A stretch of DNA of 64,000 nt, taken from assembly GCF_036507355.1 (NCBI RefSeq), contig NZ_AP027877.1, one strand, 5' to 3'. Source of the DNA: Escherichia coli. Its GTDB lineage: Bacteria; Pseudomonadota; Gammaproteobacteria; Enterobacterales; Enterobacteriaceae. Positions 32,934-45,120 of the stretch are shown piece by piece. A program made the position numbers and the translations under genes. The notes under the pieces are model-generated. The model searched no databases. It had not been told where the DNA came from and saw only the letters and a program-made list of their open reading frames with translations. The number at the start of each line of letters is the position of its first letter. The first letter of the stretch is position 1.

Positions 32934-33503
32934 AGTAGTCTCCTGAGGTTTTATTAGAATCATTATGTTTGAGCGTAGCGTTGGTAACGCTACCAGGCGC
33001 GTGAATGTTACCCCATTTTATGTATGGACATGTAGCGAAAACTACAACCTTGTCGTTCGCTTTGGCATCATTTTCATTATAAAGACGGAATTTTGCATCA
33101 GCTTCTCATCAAGAAAAACAACTAAAAAATCAATCACAATACTTGTGCATTTCTTTAAACAGTTTTTAAAAACTGACTCCGGGTATGGAGCTATGGGTAT
33201 TTTCTGTACCCAATGCTTTTAACTGCAATTAATTTCATAGGATGAAAGCTCAATGCATCAATCTGGTTCTGTTTCTCTTTGTCGTTCCGCAATATCTGTT
33301 CTGGTAGCTACAGCGTTATATTCACCCATAGCATTGGCATCAACAGTTGAGTATGGTGAGACAGTTGATGGTGTTGTCCTGGAAAAAGATATCCAGCTGG
33401 TTTATGGGACCGCCAATAATACGAAAATCAATCCTGGCGGAGAACAGCATATTAAAGAATTTGGTATAAGTAGTAATACTGAAATTAAGGTAATGACTCC
33501 AAC

Positions 33504-34007
33504 TTATTGATAGTGTTTTATGTTCAGATAATGCCCGATGACTTTGTCATGCAGCTCCACCGATTTTGAGAACGACAGCGACTTCCGTCCCAGCCGTGCC
33601 AGGTGCTGCCTCAGATTCAGGTTATGCCGCTCAATTCGCTGCGTATATCGCTTGCTGATTACGTGCAGCTTTCCCTTCAGGCGGGATTCATACAGCGGCC
33701 AGCCATCCGTCATCCATATCACCACGTCAAAGGGTGACAGCAGGCTCATAAGACGCCCCAGCGTCGCCATCGTGCGTTCACCGAATACGTGCGCAACAAC
33801 CGTCTTCCGGAGCCTGTCATACGCGTAAAACAGCCAGCGCTGGCGCGATTTAGCCCCGACATAGCCCCACTGTTCGTCCATTTCCGCGCAGACGATGACG
33901 TCACTGCCCGGCTGTATGCGCGAGGTTACCGACTGCGGCCTGAGTTTTTTAAGTGACGTAAAATCGTGTTGAGGCCAACGCCCATAATGCGGGCTGTTGC
34001 CCGGCAT
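33504..34007 (-). CDS. insB: IS1 transposase InsB (167 aa; expressed as InsAB' by -1 frameshift)
   Basis: ORF track; recognised IS1 InsB sequence. Confidence 0.9.
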
Positions 34008-34201
34008 CCAACGCCATTCATGGCCATATCAATGATTTTCTGGTGCGTACCGGGTTGAGAAGCGGTGTAAGTGAACTGCAGTTGCCATGTTTTACGGCAG
34101 TGAGAGCAGAGATAGCGCTGATGTCCGGCGGTGCTTTTGCCGTTACGCACCACCCCGTCAGTAGCTGAACAGGAGGGACAGCTGATAGAAACAGAAGCCA
34201 C
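33926..34201 (-). CDS. insA: IS1 protein InsA (91 aa)
   Basis: ORF track; zinc-finger CPSC...CSHC and HTH; overlaps insB as in IS1. Confidence 0.9.
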
Positions 34202-36682
34202 TGGAGCACCTCAAAAACACCATCATACACTAAATCAGTAAGTTGGCAGCATCACCGAAATTAACGGCGGGTATCAGTACATTGAAATGAATGGCACCGC
34301 AGAATACTCCGTATTAAATGATGGTTATCAAATTGTTCAAATGGGTGGCGCGGCAAACCAGACTACCCTCAATAATGGTGTGCTACAGGTTTATGGCGCA
34401 GCGAATGATCCCACGATTAAAGGCGGGCGCTTAATCGTTGAAAAAGATGGGATTACCGTCCTTGCCGCTATCGAAAAGGGAGGATTACTGGAGGTTAAAG
34501 AGGGGGGATTAGCGATTGCGGTAGATCAGAAAGCAGGCGGTGCTATTAAAGCAAGCACGCGGGTCATGGAGGTATTCGGAACAAACCGTCTCGGTCAGTT
34601 CGAAATCAAGAATGGTATTGCTAACAATATGCTGTTGGAAAACGGCGGAAGTTTGCGAGTTGAAGAAAATGACTTCGCTTATAATACTACTGTAGATAGT
34701 GGCGGCTTACTGGAGGTTATGGATGGCGGGACTGCAACTGGCGTTGATAAAAAAGCAGGCGGAAAATTAATTGTCTCAACGAATGCGCTGGAAGTGAGTG
34801 GTACAAACAGTAAAGGCCAATTTAGTATAAAAGATGGTGTGTCAAAAAATTATGAACTGGATGATGGTTCCGGGCTTATTGTTATGGAGGACACGCAGGT
34901 CATTGACACTATCCTCGATGAGCATGCCACTATGCAATCGCTGGGAAAGGATACTGGTACGAGAGTGCAGGCAAATGCGGTATATGATCTCGGTCGATCA
35001 GATCAGAATGGAAGTATAACGTATTCCTCTAAAGCCATCTCTGAAAATATGGTTATCAACAATGGCCGCGCTAATGTCTGGGCTGGCACAATGGTTAACG
35101 TTTCAGTCAGAGGGAATGATGGCATTCTTGAGGTCATGAAGCCGCAAATAAATTATGCACCCGCTATGTTGGTGGGTAAGGTCGTGGTTTCTGAGGGCGC
35201 TTCTTTAAGAACGCATGGTGTCGTGGATACCAGCAAAGCGGATGTTTCGCTCGAAAATAGCGCATGGACCATCATTGCCGATATCACTACGACGAACCAA
35301 AACACCCTCCTCAACTTAGCCAACCTTGCGATGTCTGACGCAAATGTGATTATGATGGATGAGCCAGTGACTCGTTCATCAGTGACGGCAAGTGCGGAAA
35401 ATTTCATTACGTTGACCACCAATACCCTGTCGGGAAACGGCAATTTTTATATGCGTGCCGATATGGCTAATCATCAGAGCGATCAGCTCAACGTCACCGG
35501 TCAGGCAACAGGTGATTTCAAAATATTCGTGACGGACACCGGTGCCAGCCCGGCAGCAGGAGATAGCCTTACACTGGTAACAACGGGCGGCAGTGATGCT
35601 GCATTTACGTTGGGCAATGCCGGAGGCGTTGTTGATATCGGTACGTATGAATATACCTTGCTGGATAATGGCAACCATAGCTGGAGTCTGGCAGAGAATC
35701 GCGCGCAAATTACCCCTTCAACCACTGATGTGCTGAATATGGCGGCCGCACAACCGCTGGTATTTGATGCAGAACTGGACACCGTGCGTGAGCGTCTTGG
35801 TAGCGTAAAAGGCGTTAGTTACGATACGGCGATGTGGAGTTCGGCAATTAACACCCGCAACAACGTGACCACTGATGCGGGAGCTGGTTTTGAGCAAACA
35901 TTGACGGGCCTGACGCTCGGTATCGATAGCCGTTTCTCCCGTGAAGAAAGCAGTACAATTCGCGGCTTGTTCTTTGGTTACTCTCATTCTGATATTGGTT
36001 TTGATCGCGGCGGAAAAGGTAATATCGATAGCTATACCCTGGGGGCTTATGCCGGTTGGGAGCATCAGAACGGTGCCTATGTTGATGGGGTGGTGAAAGT
36101 TGACCGTTTTGCCAACACCATCCATGGCAAGATGAGTAATGGGGCAACAGCGTTTGGCGATTACAATAGTAACGGCGCGGGTGCTCATGTTGAGAGCGGG
36201 TTCCGTTGGGTTGACGGATTGTGGAGTGTTAGACCCTATCTGGCCTTTACCGGCTTTACCACAGATGGTCAGGACTACACGTTATCAAACGGCATGCGCG
36301 CGGACGTGGGAAATACCCGGATATTACGCGCTGAAGCGGGAACGGCGGTAAGCTATCACATGGACCTGCAAAACGGTACGGCGCTGGAACCCTGGCTGAA
36401 AGCCGCCGTGCGTCAGGAATACGCCGATTCTAACCAGGTGAAAGTTAATGACGATGGCAAATTTAATAATGATGTGGCTGGAACCAGTGGCGTTTATCAG
36501 GCTGGGATAAGGTCATCGTTTACCCCGACGTTAAGCGGTCATTTGTCAGTCAGCTATGGCAATGGCGCAGGGGTAGAATCGCCGTGGAATACCCAGGCGG
36601 GTGTGGTCTGGACGTTCTGATAACAGACAATAAACAGGCCGTGATGTGTCGCGGTCTGTTTATCGAATTAAATGCAGATATA

Positions 36683-36712
36683 AAAAAACCAACCTTTACG
36701 GTTGGTTTTTTT
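36683..36712. terminator. bidirectional rho-independent terminator between yejO (+) and proL (-)
   Basis: Hairpin AACCAACC-TTTACG-GTTGGTT flanked by an A-run on one side and a T-run on the other. Confidence 0.7.
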
Positions 36713-36720
36713 GGGATTTT

Positions 36721-36797
36721 TGGTCGGCACGAGAGGATTTGAACCTCCGACCCCCGACACCCCATGACGGTGCGCTACCAGGCTGCGCTACGTGCCG
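36721..36797 (-). tRNA. proL: tRNA-Pro (anticodon GGG)
   Basis: Minus strand reads CGGCACGTAGCGCAGCCTGGTAGCGCACCGTCATGGGGTGTCGGGGGTCGGAGGTTCAAATCCTCTCGTGCCGACCA (77 nt, cloverleaf, TPsiC-loop GGTTCAAATCC, 3' CCA). Confidence 0.9.
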
Positions 36798-36871
36798 ACT
36801 CGTGGCTGTTAATACTACCGTTTTCCACACCGATTGCAAGTAAGATATTTCGCTAACTGATTTATAATTAA

Positions 36872-38632
36872 TCAGTTAGCGATAAAACGCTTCTCGTCTG
36901 TCAGTACTTGCAATAACAAACTTAACTGTGGTTTTTCATCTTTCACTCTTTCACCACGTAAGTTGTAAGTGCGGTATTTACCGTTATTGTTCAGCACCAG
37001 CGTCTTTTTCGGGGTGGTAATTGCCAGCGTATCGTTATCCGCTGCGGTAACCCAGTAATGACGGCGTTGAGCGTTGAACAAATCCTGACCTTGCGAATAT
37101 TCGCTGGCAGGTGTGCTGACATGTAGCAGGCGTTGCATCAGCGTCGTCATCAGATCGGTATGATCAGTCAGAGCATTAATACGCTGCGCCGGCGTGCCTG
37201 GCCAGTGAATCACTAATGGCACCTGCAGATGACCGTGGGACCAGTCAAAGGTTTCTTCCTCTTCGCTCAGTGGAATACCCCGACCGGCAGTGATAATCAC
37301 TACCGTATTGTCCAGTTTGCCAGAATCACGCAGTGCATTGAGCACGCGGTTGATCTGGTCATCGACATTGCCTGCCGCCCGGCTATATTTCCGTGCAAAT
37401 GCCTGCTGATTGCTGTCGTCAATGTTAGTACCATTGAAAGAAACCCACGAGAACCAGCGGTTATCTTCTTGTGCGTAGCGTCCCAGCCAGTTGATCCACT
37501 GCGTGGCGGTCTGCTCGTCGGATTGGGTGCGTACGCTCGGCATCGAGAAATCTGACAACAATGCCTGGCGATACAGCGGGCTGGTAAAGCCATCTGATGA
37601 GAATAACCCCAGCTGATAGCCTTGCTGATTAAGCGCAGTAATTAATGCCGCAGGCGTACGGGTCGACAGAATGCCGTCCATATAGCTCGGCGAGATGCCA
37701 TAGAACAGGCCAAAGATGCCGTTGTCTGTAGTGTTGCCGGAGCTCATATGGCGCGTGAACGAAATATTTTGCTCAGCAAAACCTGCCAGCGCAGGCATCT
37801 GCTTCTCGAAGCGTGAGTAGTTCAGGCCATCGACAGTAATCAACAAGACATTCTGCCCGGTGCCCATATCGCGATAGCGCAGTTCGCTTAACGGATACTG
37901 AACGGAAACGGCGTCTGGATTACCTTGCTCAATAAGACGGCGTTGATACTCCTGCGCATCAAGCAGGCCATGCTTCTCAAGAAAACGTCGCGCCGTCATC
38001 GGGTACGAAAGCGGCAGGTTAGCGCGCTGCATGGTGATCGGGCGATAGAAGTTGGCATCGGCCCAGATATACACCACATGCGAGGCGATAAAGGCGATAA
38101 ATAAGAATGCGGCAAGCGGGCGCGCGAAGCGCCGACGACGCGTCAGGCTGCGCAGCTTTTGCCAGCTCCACGTCGCAAACACCAGTTCAAGCAATAAAAT
38201 AACCGGCACGCTGATGAACATCAGCTGCCAGTCGCGCGCCATCTCATTTTCGTCTGGGTTGATAACCAGTTGCCAGACGATGGGATTAAGATGGAGATGG
38301 AAACGAGTAAAGACTTCGCTATCGATCAGTAATAGCGTCATTCCCGCCGTTGCCAGAATGACGGACAAAAACCTCATCAGCCTCTGGGAGCCGACGATAA
38401 AGGTCAGCGGGAAGAGGATCAGCAAGTAGGTGGCGAACACCAGGAAGCTGAAATGGCCGATAATGCTTACGTAGGAATAAATGCGACCAGCAAGCGTGGT
38501 CGGCCAGTCGGCGATAAACAGGTAACGGCTGCCAATGACGAGCGAAAGCAGAATATTGAACAGTGCAAACCAGTGCCCCCAACTGACCATCTGGGAGACT
38601 TTTTCACGGTAGCGCTGACGATGAGTTACCAT
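36872..38632 (-). CDS. yejM: inner membrane protein YejM (PbgA/LapC), sulfatase-like domain (586 aa)
   Basis: ORF track; N-terminal TM helices, periplasmic sulfatase fold. Confidence 0.92.
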   Translation of the reverse strand: MVTHRQRYREKVSQMVSWGHWFALFNILLSLVIGSRYLFIADWPTTLAGRIYSYVSIIGHFSFLVFATYLLILFPLTFIVGSQRLMRFLSVILATAGMTLLLIDSEVFTRFHLHLNPIVWQLVINPDENEMARDWQLMFISVPVILLLELVFATWSWQKLRSLTRRRRFARPLAAFLFIAFIASHVVYIWADANFYRPITMQRANLPLSYPMTARRFLEKHGLLDAQEYQRRLIEQGNPDAVSVQYPLSELRYRDMGTGQNVLLITVDGLNYSRFEKQMPALAGFAEQNISFTRHMSSGNTTDNGIFGLFYGISPSYMDGILSTRTPAALITALNQQGYQLGLFSSDGFTSPLYRQALLSDFSMPSVRTQSDEQTATQWINWLGRYAQEDNRWFSWVSFNGTNIDDSNQQAFARKYSRAAGNVDDQINRVLNALRDSGKLDNTVVIITAGRGIPLSEEEETFDWSHGHLQVPLVIHWPGTPAQRINALTDHTDLMTTLMQRLLHVSTPASEYSQGQDLFNAQRRHYWVTAADNDTLAITTPKKTLVLNNNGKYRTYNLRGERVKDEKPQLSLLLQVLTDEKRFIAN

Positions 38633-38651
38633 AACCTGTTATCTGTTTCCC

Positions 38652-38879
38652 TTAGTGCGCTTTGTCTTCGTTGATAGAGGACTGTAAGGCGCGGGCAAAA
38701 GAGTTGGCAATTGCCTGGCGTTGGGCCGGGGCAATGCTGGTGTTGATAAGGTTAGTGACCATGTTGCCTAACACCATCAGGGAAAGGTCGGTCGGAGCCT
38801 TATGTTTTTCCAGTACGTTGAGCAACTCTGCGAGCAATTGTTCAACCTGTTCATCACTGTAGCGGGAAATTTGTGGCAT
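38652..38879 (-). CDS. yejL: small protein YejL, UPF0352 family (75 aa)
   Basis: ORF track; synteny. Confidence 0.88.
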
Positions 38880-39060
38880 AAATCGAAATCAGTTAGTTGA
38901 TGAAAGGGCAACATATTACCGTAGCAACGGTTTTTTTTCTGCTTTTTTATGCGTTAAATCATTCTCGTTACGCCGCCTTCTGTAAAATGACCGCCATCTT
39001 TTATTGCGTCGCTTAACCGGCGGTGGTTGAATACCGCCCGGTCTTAAAGGAGAGTTTATC

Positions 39061-40068
39061 ATGAGTCTGGATATCAACCAGATTGCTCTGCACCAGCTTA
39101 TCAAGCGTGATGAGCAGAACCTTGAGCTGGTGTTGCGCGATTCATTGCTGGAACCGACAGAAACCGTCGTTGAGATGGTAGCAGAACTGCATCGGGTCTA
39201 TAGCGCCAAAAATAAAGCTTACGGCTTGTTTAGCGAAGAGAGTGAACTGGCGCAGACGCTGCGCTTACAGCGTCAGGGTGAAGAGGACTTTCTGGCATTT
39301 AGCCGCGCGGCAACCGGTCGCCTGCGTGACGAATTAGCGAAATATCCTTTTGCTGACGGTGGATTCGTGCTGTTTTGCCACTATCGCTATCTGGCGGTGG
39401 AGTATTTGCTGGTGGCAGTTCTGAGCAACCTGAGCAGTATGCGCGTTAACGAAAATCTCGACATCAACCCAACCCATTATCTTGATATCAATCATGCGGA
39501 TATTGTTGCGCGTATCGATTTAACCGAATGGGAAACCAATCCAGAGTCCACCCGCTATCTCACTTTCCTGAAAGGGAGAGTAGGGCGCAAAGTGGCGGAT
39601 TTCTTTATGGATTTCCTCGGGGCCAGCGAAGGGTTAAACGCGAAAGCGCAAAACCGTGGGCTGTTGCAAGCGGTTGATGATTTCACTGCCGAAGCACAAC
39701 TGGATAAAGCAGAGCGACAGAACGTGCGCCAGCAGGTTTATAGCTACTGTAATGAGCAGCTGCAGGCAGGCGAAGAGATCGAACTGGAGTCGCTGTCGAA
39801 AGAGCTGGCAGGCGTCAGCGAAGTGAGCTTCACGGAGTTTGCGGCTGAAAAAGGCTACGAACTGGAAGAGAGCTTCCCGGCAGACCGTAGCACACTGCGT
39901 CAGTTGACGAAGTTTGCCGGTAGCGGCGGTGGCTTGACTATTAACTTTGATGCGATGCTGTTAGGTGAACGCATCTTCTGGGATCCAGCAACCGATACCT
40001 TGACCATTAAAGGCACGCCGCCGAATTTGCGCGACCAATTGCAGCGCCGGACGTCTGGCGGCAATTAA
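39061..40068 (+). CDS. yejK: nucleoid-associated protein YejK/NdpA (335 aa)
   Basis: ORF track; synteny. Confidence 0.92.
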
Positions 40069-40085
40069 TCGGCTTTGTGTTCTGA

Positions 40086-40121
40086 ATGCCAGATGCGGCG
40101 TGAACGCCTTATCTGGCCTGC
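40086..40121. repeat. single REP element
   Basis: ATGCCAGATGCGGCGTGAACGCCTTATCTGGCCTGC palindrome. Confidence 0.7.
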
Positions 40122-40161
40122 AAAAAATAGCAATACCGTAATCAGGCATAATCTGCAGATA

Positions 40162-40190
40162 CAAAAAACCCCGCCGGAGCGGGGTTTTTT
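40162..40190. terminator. bidirectional rho-independent terminator for yejK (+) and rplY (-)
   Basis: AAAAAA-CCCCGC-CGGA-GCGGGG-TTTTTT. Confidence 0.85.
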
Positions 40191-40206
40191 ACAACTTATT
40201 CAGCAA

Positions 40207-40599
<393 letters not shown>

Positions 40600-40615
40600 T
40601 CAATCAAAACTACCA

Positions 40616-42376
40616 TTAACCGCGTAATTCGTGCGCCCGACGAAAACGACCTTCGTAATCGAACACTTTTTCACGCACTTGCCAGTACTGACCTTTCATG
40701 CGGGCAACGACAAAATCCGGGTGTCGCAATAAGGCTTGCTGGGCGAGGATATCGGCGGCGGTGATCCAGCGCAGAGGGATGCCCGGTGTGCGCGTATGCG
40801 GGCGGATAAAAAGCTGCTCGAAGGCAGTTCGCTGGGCGGGCGTTTGCAGACGGAAACGCTCACTCACATCCGCGCCGTCTTCATCGTAATAGGTGATTTT
40901 CAACCATTCGCCTTTCTCGTCGTGCCCATGCTGCAAAGACATGCCGCTACAGCGTAATACCAGCGCGTCTTTCAGTCGTAGCGCCGCTTTTAACATATCG
41001 TCAGGATCAACCAGTACCGTGTCACATTCGCGGCAGCGGCGAGCGGCAATATCATTTTCTGCGTTACATTGCGGGCAATTTTTAAAACGGAAACGGAAGT
41101 CACACTGTTCGCGATGACCGTCGTCATCTTCAAACCATCCCTGACAGCGGCGACCAAAGTGTTCAATCAATGTCCCGTCGGCGGTCGTTTTCCCCCAAAA
41201 GGTGTTGGCAAAACCGCAGGCAGGGCAGAAAACCTGTACCGGAACGTTGTCACTTTTGCCTTTCGGTGTACCAACTTCCGGCGCGTAGAGATCGTGAGGA
41301 TTACCCGCATAATCAAGAATTAAGCAATCAGTCTTGCCAGGAGCGAGACGCAGACCGCGCCCGACAATTTGTTGGTAAAGACTCACTGATTCGGTAGGGC
41401 GCAGAATGGCGATAAGATCGACGTGCGGGGCGTCAAATCCGGTGGTCAGTACCGCGACGTTGACCAGATAGCGAAAACGCTGGGCTTTAAAATCTTCAAT
41501 TAACACATCGCGCTCAGCGCCGGGGGTGTCGCCAGTAATCAGTGCAGCATCTTCGGCGGGTAGTAATCCCACAATCTCTTTTGCGTGTTCAACGGTGGCG
41601 GCGAAAATCATCACCCCTTTGCGCGTTGCAGCAAACTCCATAATCTGGCTGATGATGTGCGGGGTAATACGTTGTTGTTTTTTTAGCTCGCGGTTGAGAT
41701 CGGCTTCGCTGAATAGCCCGTTACTCTGTGCCTGCAAGCGGCTGAAATCGTATTGCACTACTGGCATATCCAGTCGTTCTGGCGGCGTCAGATAGCCGTG
41801 TTTAATCATATAACGCAGCGGCAGTTCATAAATGCAGTCACGGAAAAGGGCTTTCTCATCGCCGCGTACCATGCCGTGATAATGGAACTGGTAGATCCAG
41901 CCTTTGCCCAGTCGAAAAGGCGTGGCAGTCAGCCCCAGCAGGCGTAAGTGGGGATTCACTTTTGTCAGGTGAGTGAGGATTTGCTGATACTGGCTCTCTT
42001 CATCGTCACCAATACGGTGGCATTCATCGACAATCAACAGCGAAAATTCACCCTGAAAGGCATCAAGATTACGGGCGACCGACTGCACGCTGCCAAATAC
42101 CACTTTACCGTGGCTCTCTTTGCGCTTTAGCCCGGCGGCAAAAATATCGGCTTCCAGCCCCAGCGCCTGATACTTTGCATGGTTTTGCGCCACCAGTTCT
42201 TTAACGTGTGCCAGCACCAGCACGCGACCACGAGCCAGCCGCGCAAGTTCCGCTATCACCAGGCTTTTACCTGCACCGGTGGGCAGCACGATAACGGCAG
42301 GGGTTTTATGACGACGAAAATGGTTGAGCGTGGCATCCACGGCTTCTTGCTGATATGGGCGGAGTGTAAAAATCAT
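40616..42376 (-). CDS. radD: ATP-dependent DNA repair helicase RadD (YejH) (586 aa)
   Basis: ORF track; SF2 helicase motifs (Walker A PTGAGKS, DECH) and C-terminal zinc-finger cysteines. Confidence 0.9.
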   Translation of the reverse strand: MIFTLRPYQQEAVDATLNHFRRHKTPAVIVLPTGAGKSLVIAELARLARGRVLVLAHVKELVAQNHAKYQALGLEADIFAAGLKRKESHGKVVFGSVQSVARNLDAFQGEFSLLIVDECHRIGDDEESQYQQILTHLTKVNPHLRLLGLTATPFRLGKGWIYQFHYHGMVRGDEKALFRDCIYELPLRYMIKHGYLTPPERLDMPVVQYDFSRLQAQSNGLFSEADLNRELKKQQRITPHIISQIMEFAATRKGVMIFAATVEHAKEIVGLLPAEDAALITGDTPGAERDVLIEDFKAQRFRYLVNVAVLTTGFDAPHVDLIAILRPTESVSLYQQIVGRGLRLAPGKTDCLILDYAGNPHDLYAPEVGTPKGKSDNVPVQVFCPACGFANTFWGKTTADGTLIEHFGRRCQGWFEDDDGHREQCDFRFRFKNCPQCNAENDIAARRCRECDTVLVDPDDMLKAALRLKDALVLRCSGMSLQHGHDEKGEWLKITYYDEDGADVSERFRLQTPAQRTAFEQLFIRPHTRTPGIPLRWITAADILAQQALLRHPDFVVARMKGQYWQVREKVFDYEGRFRRAHELRG

Positions 42377-42524
42377 GGTCTCGCGTAGGTAGATTATTCT
42401 GCTAATAGTATGCCACGGTTCTTTTTCCCTTGAGGGAAGTTATTAGACCGCTATACTGGGCAGACAACAGTTCAGATTTTCGGGTCAATGCCCGACCTCC
42501 GTTTTTACAGGCAAAATCACACAC

Positions 42525-43220
42525 ATGCGACTTGATAAATTTATCGCACAGCAACTCGGCGTTAGCCGTGCTATTGCCGGGCGTGAAATCCGCGGCAATC
42601 GTGTTACCGTCGATGGCGAAATCGTCCGTAATGCAGCGTTCAAACTGCTTCCTGAACATGATGTCGCTTACGATGGCAACCCGCTGGCGCAGCAACACGG
42701 TCCACGTTACTTCATGCTCAATAAGCCTCAGGGCTATGTTTGCTCCACGGACGACCCTGATCACCCAACGGTGCTCTATTTTCTTGATGAACCAGTGGCG
42801 TGGAAACTGCACGCAGCAGGGCGGCTGGATATCGATACCACCGGTCTGGTGCTAATGACTGATGATGGTCAGTGGTCGCACCGCATTACTTCTCCGCGCC
42901 ATCATTGCGAGAAGACCTATCTGGTGACGCTGGAATCACCCGTAGCTGACGATACGGCAGAGCAATTTGCTAAAGGCGTGCAGCTGCATAACGAAAAAGA
43001 TCTCACTAAGCCGGCGGTGCTGGAAGTGATTACCCCAACGCAGGTTCGTCTGACCATCAGCGAAGGGCGTTATCATCAGGTGAAACGCATGTTCGCCGCT
43101 GTGGGTAACCATGTGGTTGAGCTGCATCGTGAACGTATTGGCGGCATTACGCTGGATGCTGATTTAGCCCCCGGTGAATATCGTCCGTTAACTGAAGAAG
43201 AAATTGCCAGCGTCGTCTAA
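42525..43220 (+). CDS. rsuA: 16S rRNA pseudouridine(516) synthase RsuA (231 aa)
   Basis: ORF track; S4 domain then RluA/RsuA catalytic GRLD motif. Confidence 0.92.
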
Positions 43221-43247
43221 CTTTTCAATGACTTTCAGGAGCCCGTT

Positions 43248-44438
43248 GTGACCACCCGACAGCATTCATCGTTTGCTATTGTTTTTATCCTTGGCCTGCT
43301 GGCCATGTTGATGCCGCTGTCGATTGATATGTATCTGCCCGCGCTACCGGTAATTTCAGCGCAGTTTGGCGTACCGGCGGGCAGTACGCAGATGACCCTC
43401 AGTACTTATATTCTGGGCTTTGCGTTGGGGCAGTTAATCTACGGGCCGATGGCAGACAGCTTCGGGCGTAAGCCGGTGGTTCTTGGCGGTACGCTGGTGT
43501 TTGCCGCCGCCGCGGTGGCGTGTGCGTTGGCACAAACCATCGATCAGCTGATTGTGATGCGTTTCTTCCACGGGCTGGCGGCGGCTGCGGCCAGCGTGGT
43601 TATCAACGCTTTGATGCGTGATATCTACCCGAAAGAAGAGTTCTCGCGGATGATGTCGTTTGTCATGCTGGTGACAACCATTGCACCGCTGATGGCACCG
43701 ATAGTTGGCGGCTGGGTGCTGGTGTGGCTGAGCTGGCATTACATCTTCTGGATCCTCGCCGTGGCGGCGATTCTGGCTTCGGCAATGATCTTCTTTCTGA
43801 TCAAAGAAACCTTACCACCGGAGCGTCGCCAGCCTTTTCACATTCGTACCACTATTGGTAACTTTGCGGCGCTGTTCCGTCATAAGCGTGTCCTGAGTTA
43901 TATGCTGGCCAGTGGTTTCAGCTTTGCCGGGATGTTCTCGTTCTTAAGCGCCGGACCGTTTGTCTACATTGAAATTAACCACGTCGCGCCGGAAAACTTT
44001 GGTTATTACTTTGCACTAAACATTGTTTTCCTGTTCGTGATGACCATCTTTAATAGCCGCTTCGTCCGCCGTATTGGCGCGTTAAATATGTTCCGCTCGG
44101 GGTTGTGGATACAATTTATTATGGCAGCGTGGATGGTCATCAGTGCGCTGCTGGGGCTGGGATTTTGGTCGCTGGTGGTTGGCGTTGCGGCGTTTGTGGG
44201 CTGCGTGTCGATGGTGTCATCCAATGCGATGGCGGTCATTCTTGATGAGTTTCCCCATATGGCGGGAACGGCATCTTCGCTGGCAGGAACCTTCCGTTTT
44301 GGCATAGGGGCAATTGTTGGCGCATTGCTTTCTCTTGCGACCTTTAACTCTGCATGGCCGATGATTTGGTCAATTGCATTCTGCGCAACCAGCTCCATTC
44401 TCTTCTGTCTGTACGCCAGTCGGCCGAAAAAACGGTGA
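43248..44438 (+). CDS. bcr: MFS efflux transporter Bcr (bicyclomycin/multidrug) (396 aa)
   Basis: ORF track; 12-TM MFS profile. Confidence 0.92.
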   Translation: MTTRQHSSFAIVFILGLLAMLMPLSIDMYLPALPVISAQFGVPAGSTQMTLSTYILGFALGQLIYGPMADSFGRKPVVLGGTLVFAAAAVACALAQTIDQLIVMRFFHGLAAAAASVVINALMRDIYPKEEFSRMMSFVMLVTTIAPLMAPIVGGWVLVWLSWHYIFWILAVAAILASAMIFFLIKETLPPERRQPFHIRTTIGNFAALFRHKRVLSYMLASGFSFAGMFSFLSAGPFVYIEINHVAPENFGYYFALNIVFLFVMTIFNSRFVRRIGALNMFRSGLWIQFIMAAWMVISALLGLGFWSLVVGVAAFVGCVSMVSSNAMAVILDEFPHMAGTASSLAGTFRFGIGAIVGALLSLATFNSAWPMIWSIAFCATSSILFCLYASRPKKR

Positions 44439-44451
44439 TCTATTGCACAAC

Positions 44452-44477
44452 GAGGAAGCTAAAAGGCTTCCTTTGTT
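44452..44477 (+). terminator. rho-independent terminator of bcr (GGAAGC-TAAAAG-GCTTCC then TTTGTT)
   Basis: Hairpin plus T-rich tail 14 nt after the stop. Confidence 0.7.
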
Positions 44478-44772
44478 GATGCATGTCAACCACAAATCTA
44501 TCATTCCCCCCCGATATATGTTTATTTTATGTAAAATCAATTTATGTAAAAAGTCACATCATTGTAGTTAAAAAGGTTGAGTTAGATCGCAGAAACGGGT
44601 ACATATAGCCCCGCAAACGTGACCACGCCCGCAGATATTACTTAAATCAGAGCCATAGAGGCCACGCAGGCGAGGCATCAATCTTTACGATCTGTATAAA
44701 GACGGATTGTTGATGATGTGTTAAAATTGATGTAAATAAATTGTGAAGTAAATGTGCTTCCGGGGAAAATAA

Positions 44773-45117
44773 GTGACTTCATTACAACTCTCAATCGTCC
44801 ATCGACTGCCGCAGAACTATCGCTGGTCTGCTGGTTTCGCAGGTTCGAAGGTTGAACCGATTCCGCAAAATGGACCGTGCGGTGACAACAGCCTGGTGGC
44901 GCTTAAATTGCTTAGCCCGGATGGTGATAATGCATGGTCGGTGATGTATAAACTAAGCCAGGCGTTAAGCGACATCGAAGTTCCATGTTCGGTGCTGGAG
45001 TGTGAAGGTGAGCCGTGCCTGTTTGTAAATCGCCAGGACGAGTTTGCTGCAACATGCCGATTGAAAAATTTTGGTGTGGCAATTGCCGAACCCTTTTCAA
45101 ACTACAATCCTTTTTAA
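44773..45117 (+). CDS. yejG: uncharacterized protein YejG (114 aa)
   Basis: ORF track; synteny between bcr and yejF. Confidence 0.85.
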
Positions 45118-45120
45118 GCG

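Larger units (their letters stand above)
33489..34256 (-). mobile_element. complete IS1 (768 bp) flanked by 8-bp target duplication GAAATTAA (33481-33488 and 34257-34264)
   Basis: Terminal inverted repeats GGTAATGACTCCAACTTATTGAT... (33489) and ...ATCAGTAAGTTGGCAGCATCACC (34256) read directly; insA and insB ORFs inside. Confidence 0.95.
33253..36620 (+). pseudogene. yejO: autotransporter (adhesin-like) YejO, disrupted by IS1 after codon 78; reading frame restored if the IS and one copy of the 8-bp duplication are removed
   Basis: Track ORF 33253..33510 (signal peptide) runs into the IS1; the frame resumes at 34257 and continues as the 777-aa ORF to 36620; C-terminal beta-barrel ending ...GVVWTF. 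Confidence 0.85.

Noticed and set aside
36621-36871. Integrated element (integrase, prophage or island) at the proL tRNA
   Set aside because: proL is flanked directly by yejO and yejM as in the core genome; no integrase, no direct repeat of the tRNA 3' end and no foreign genes are present
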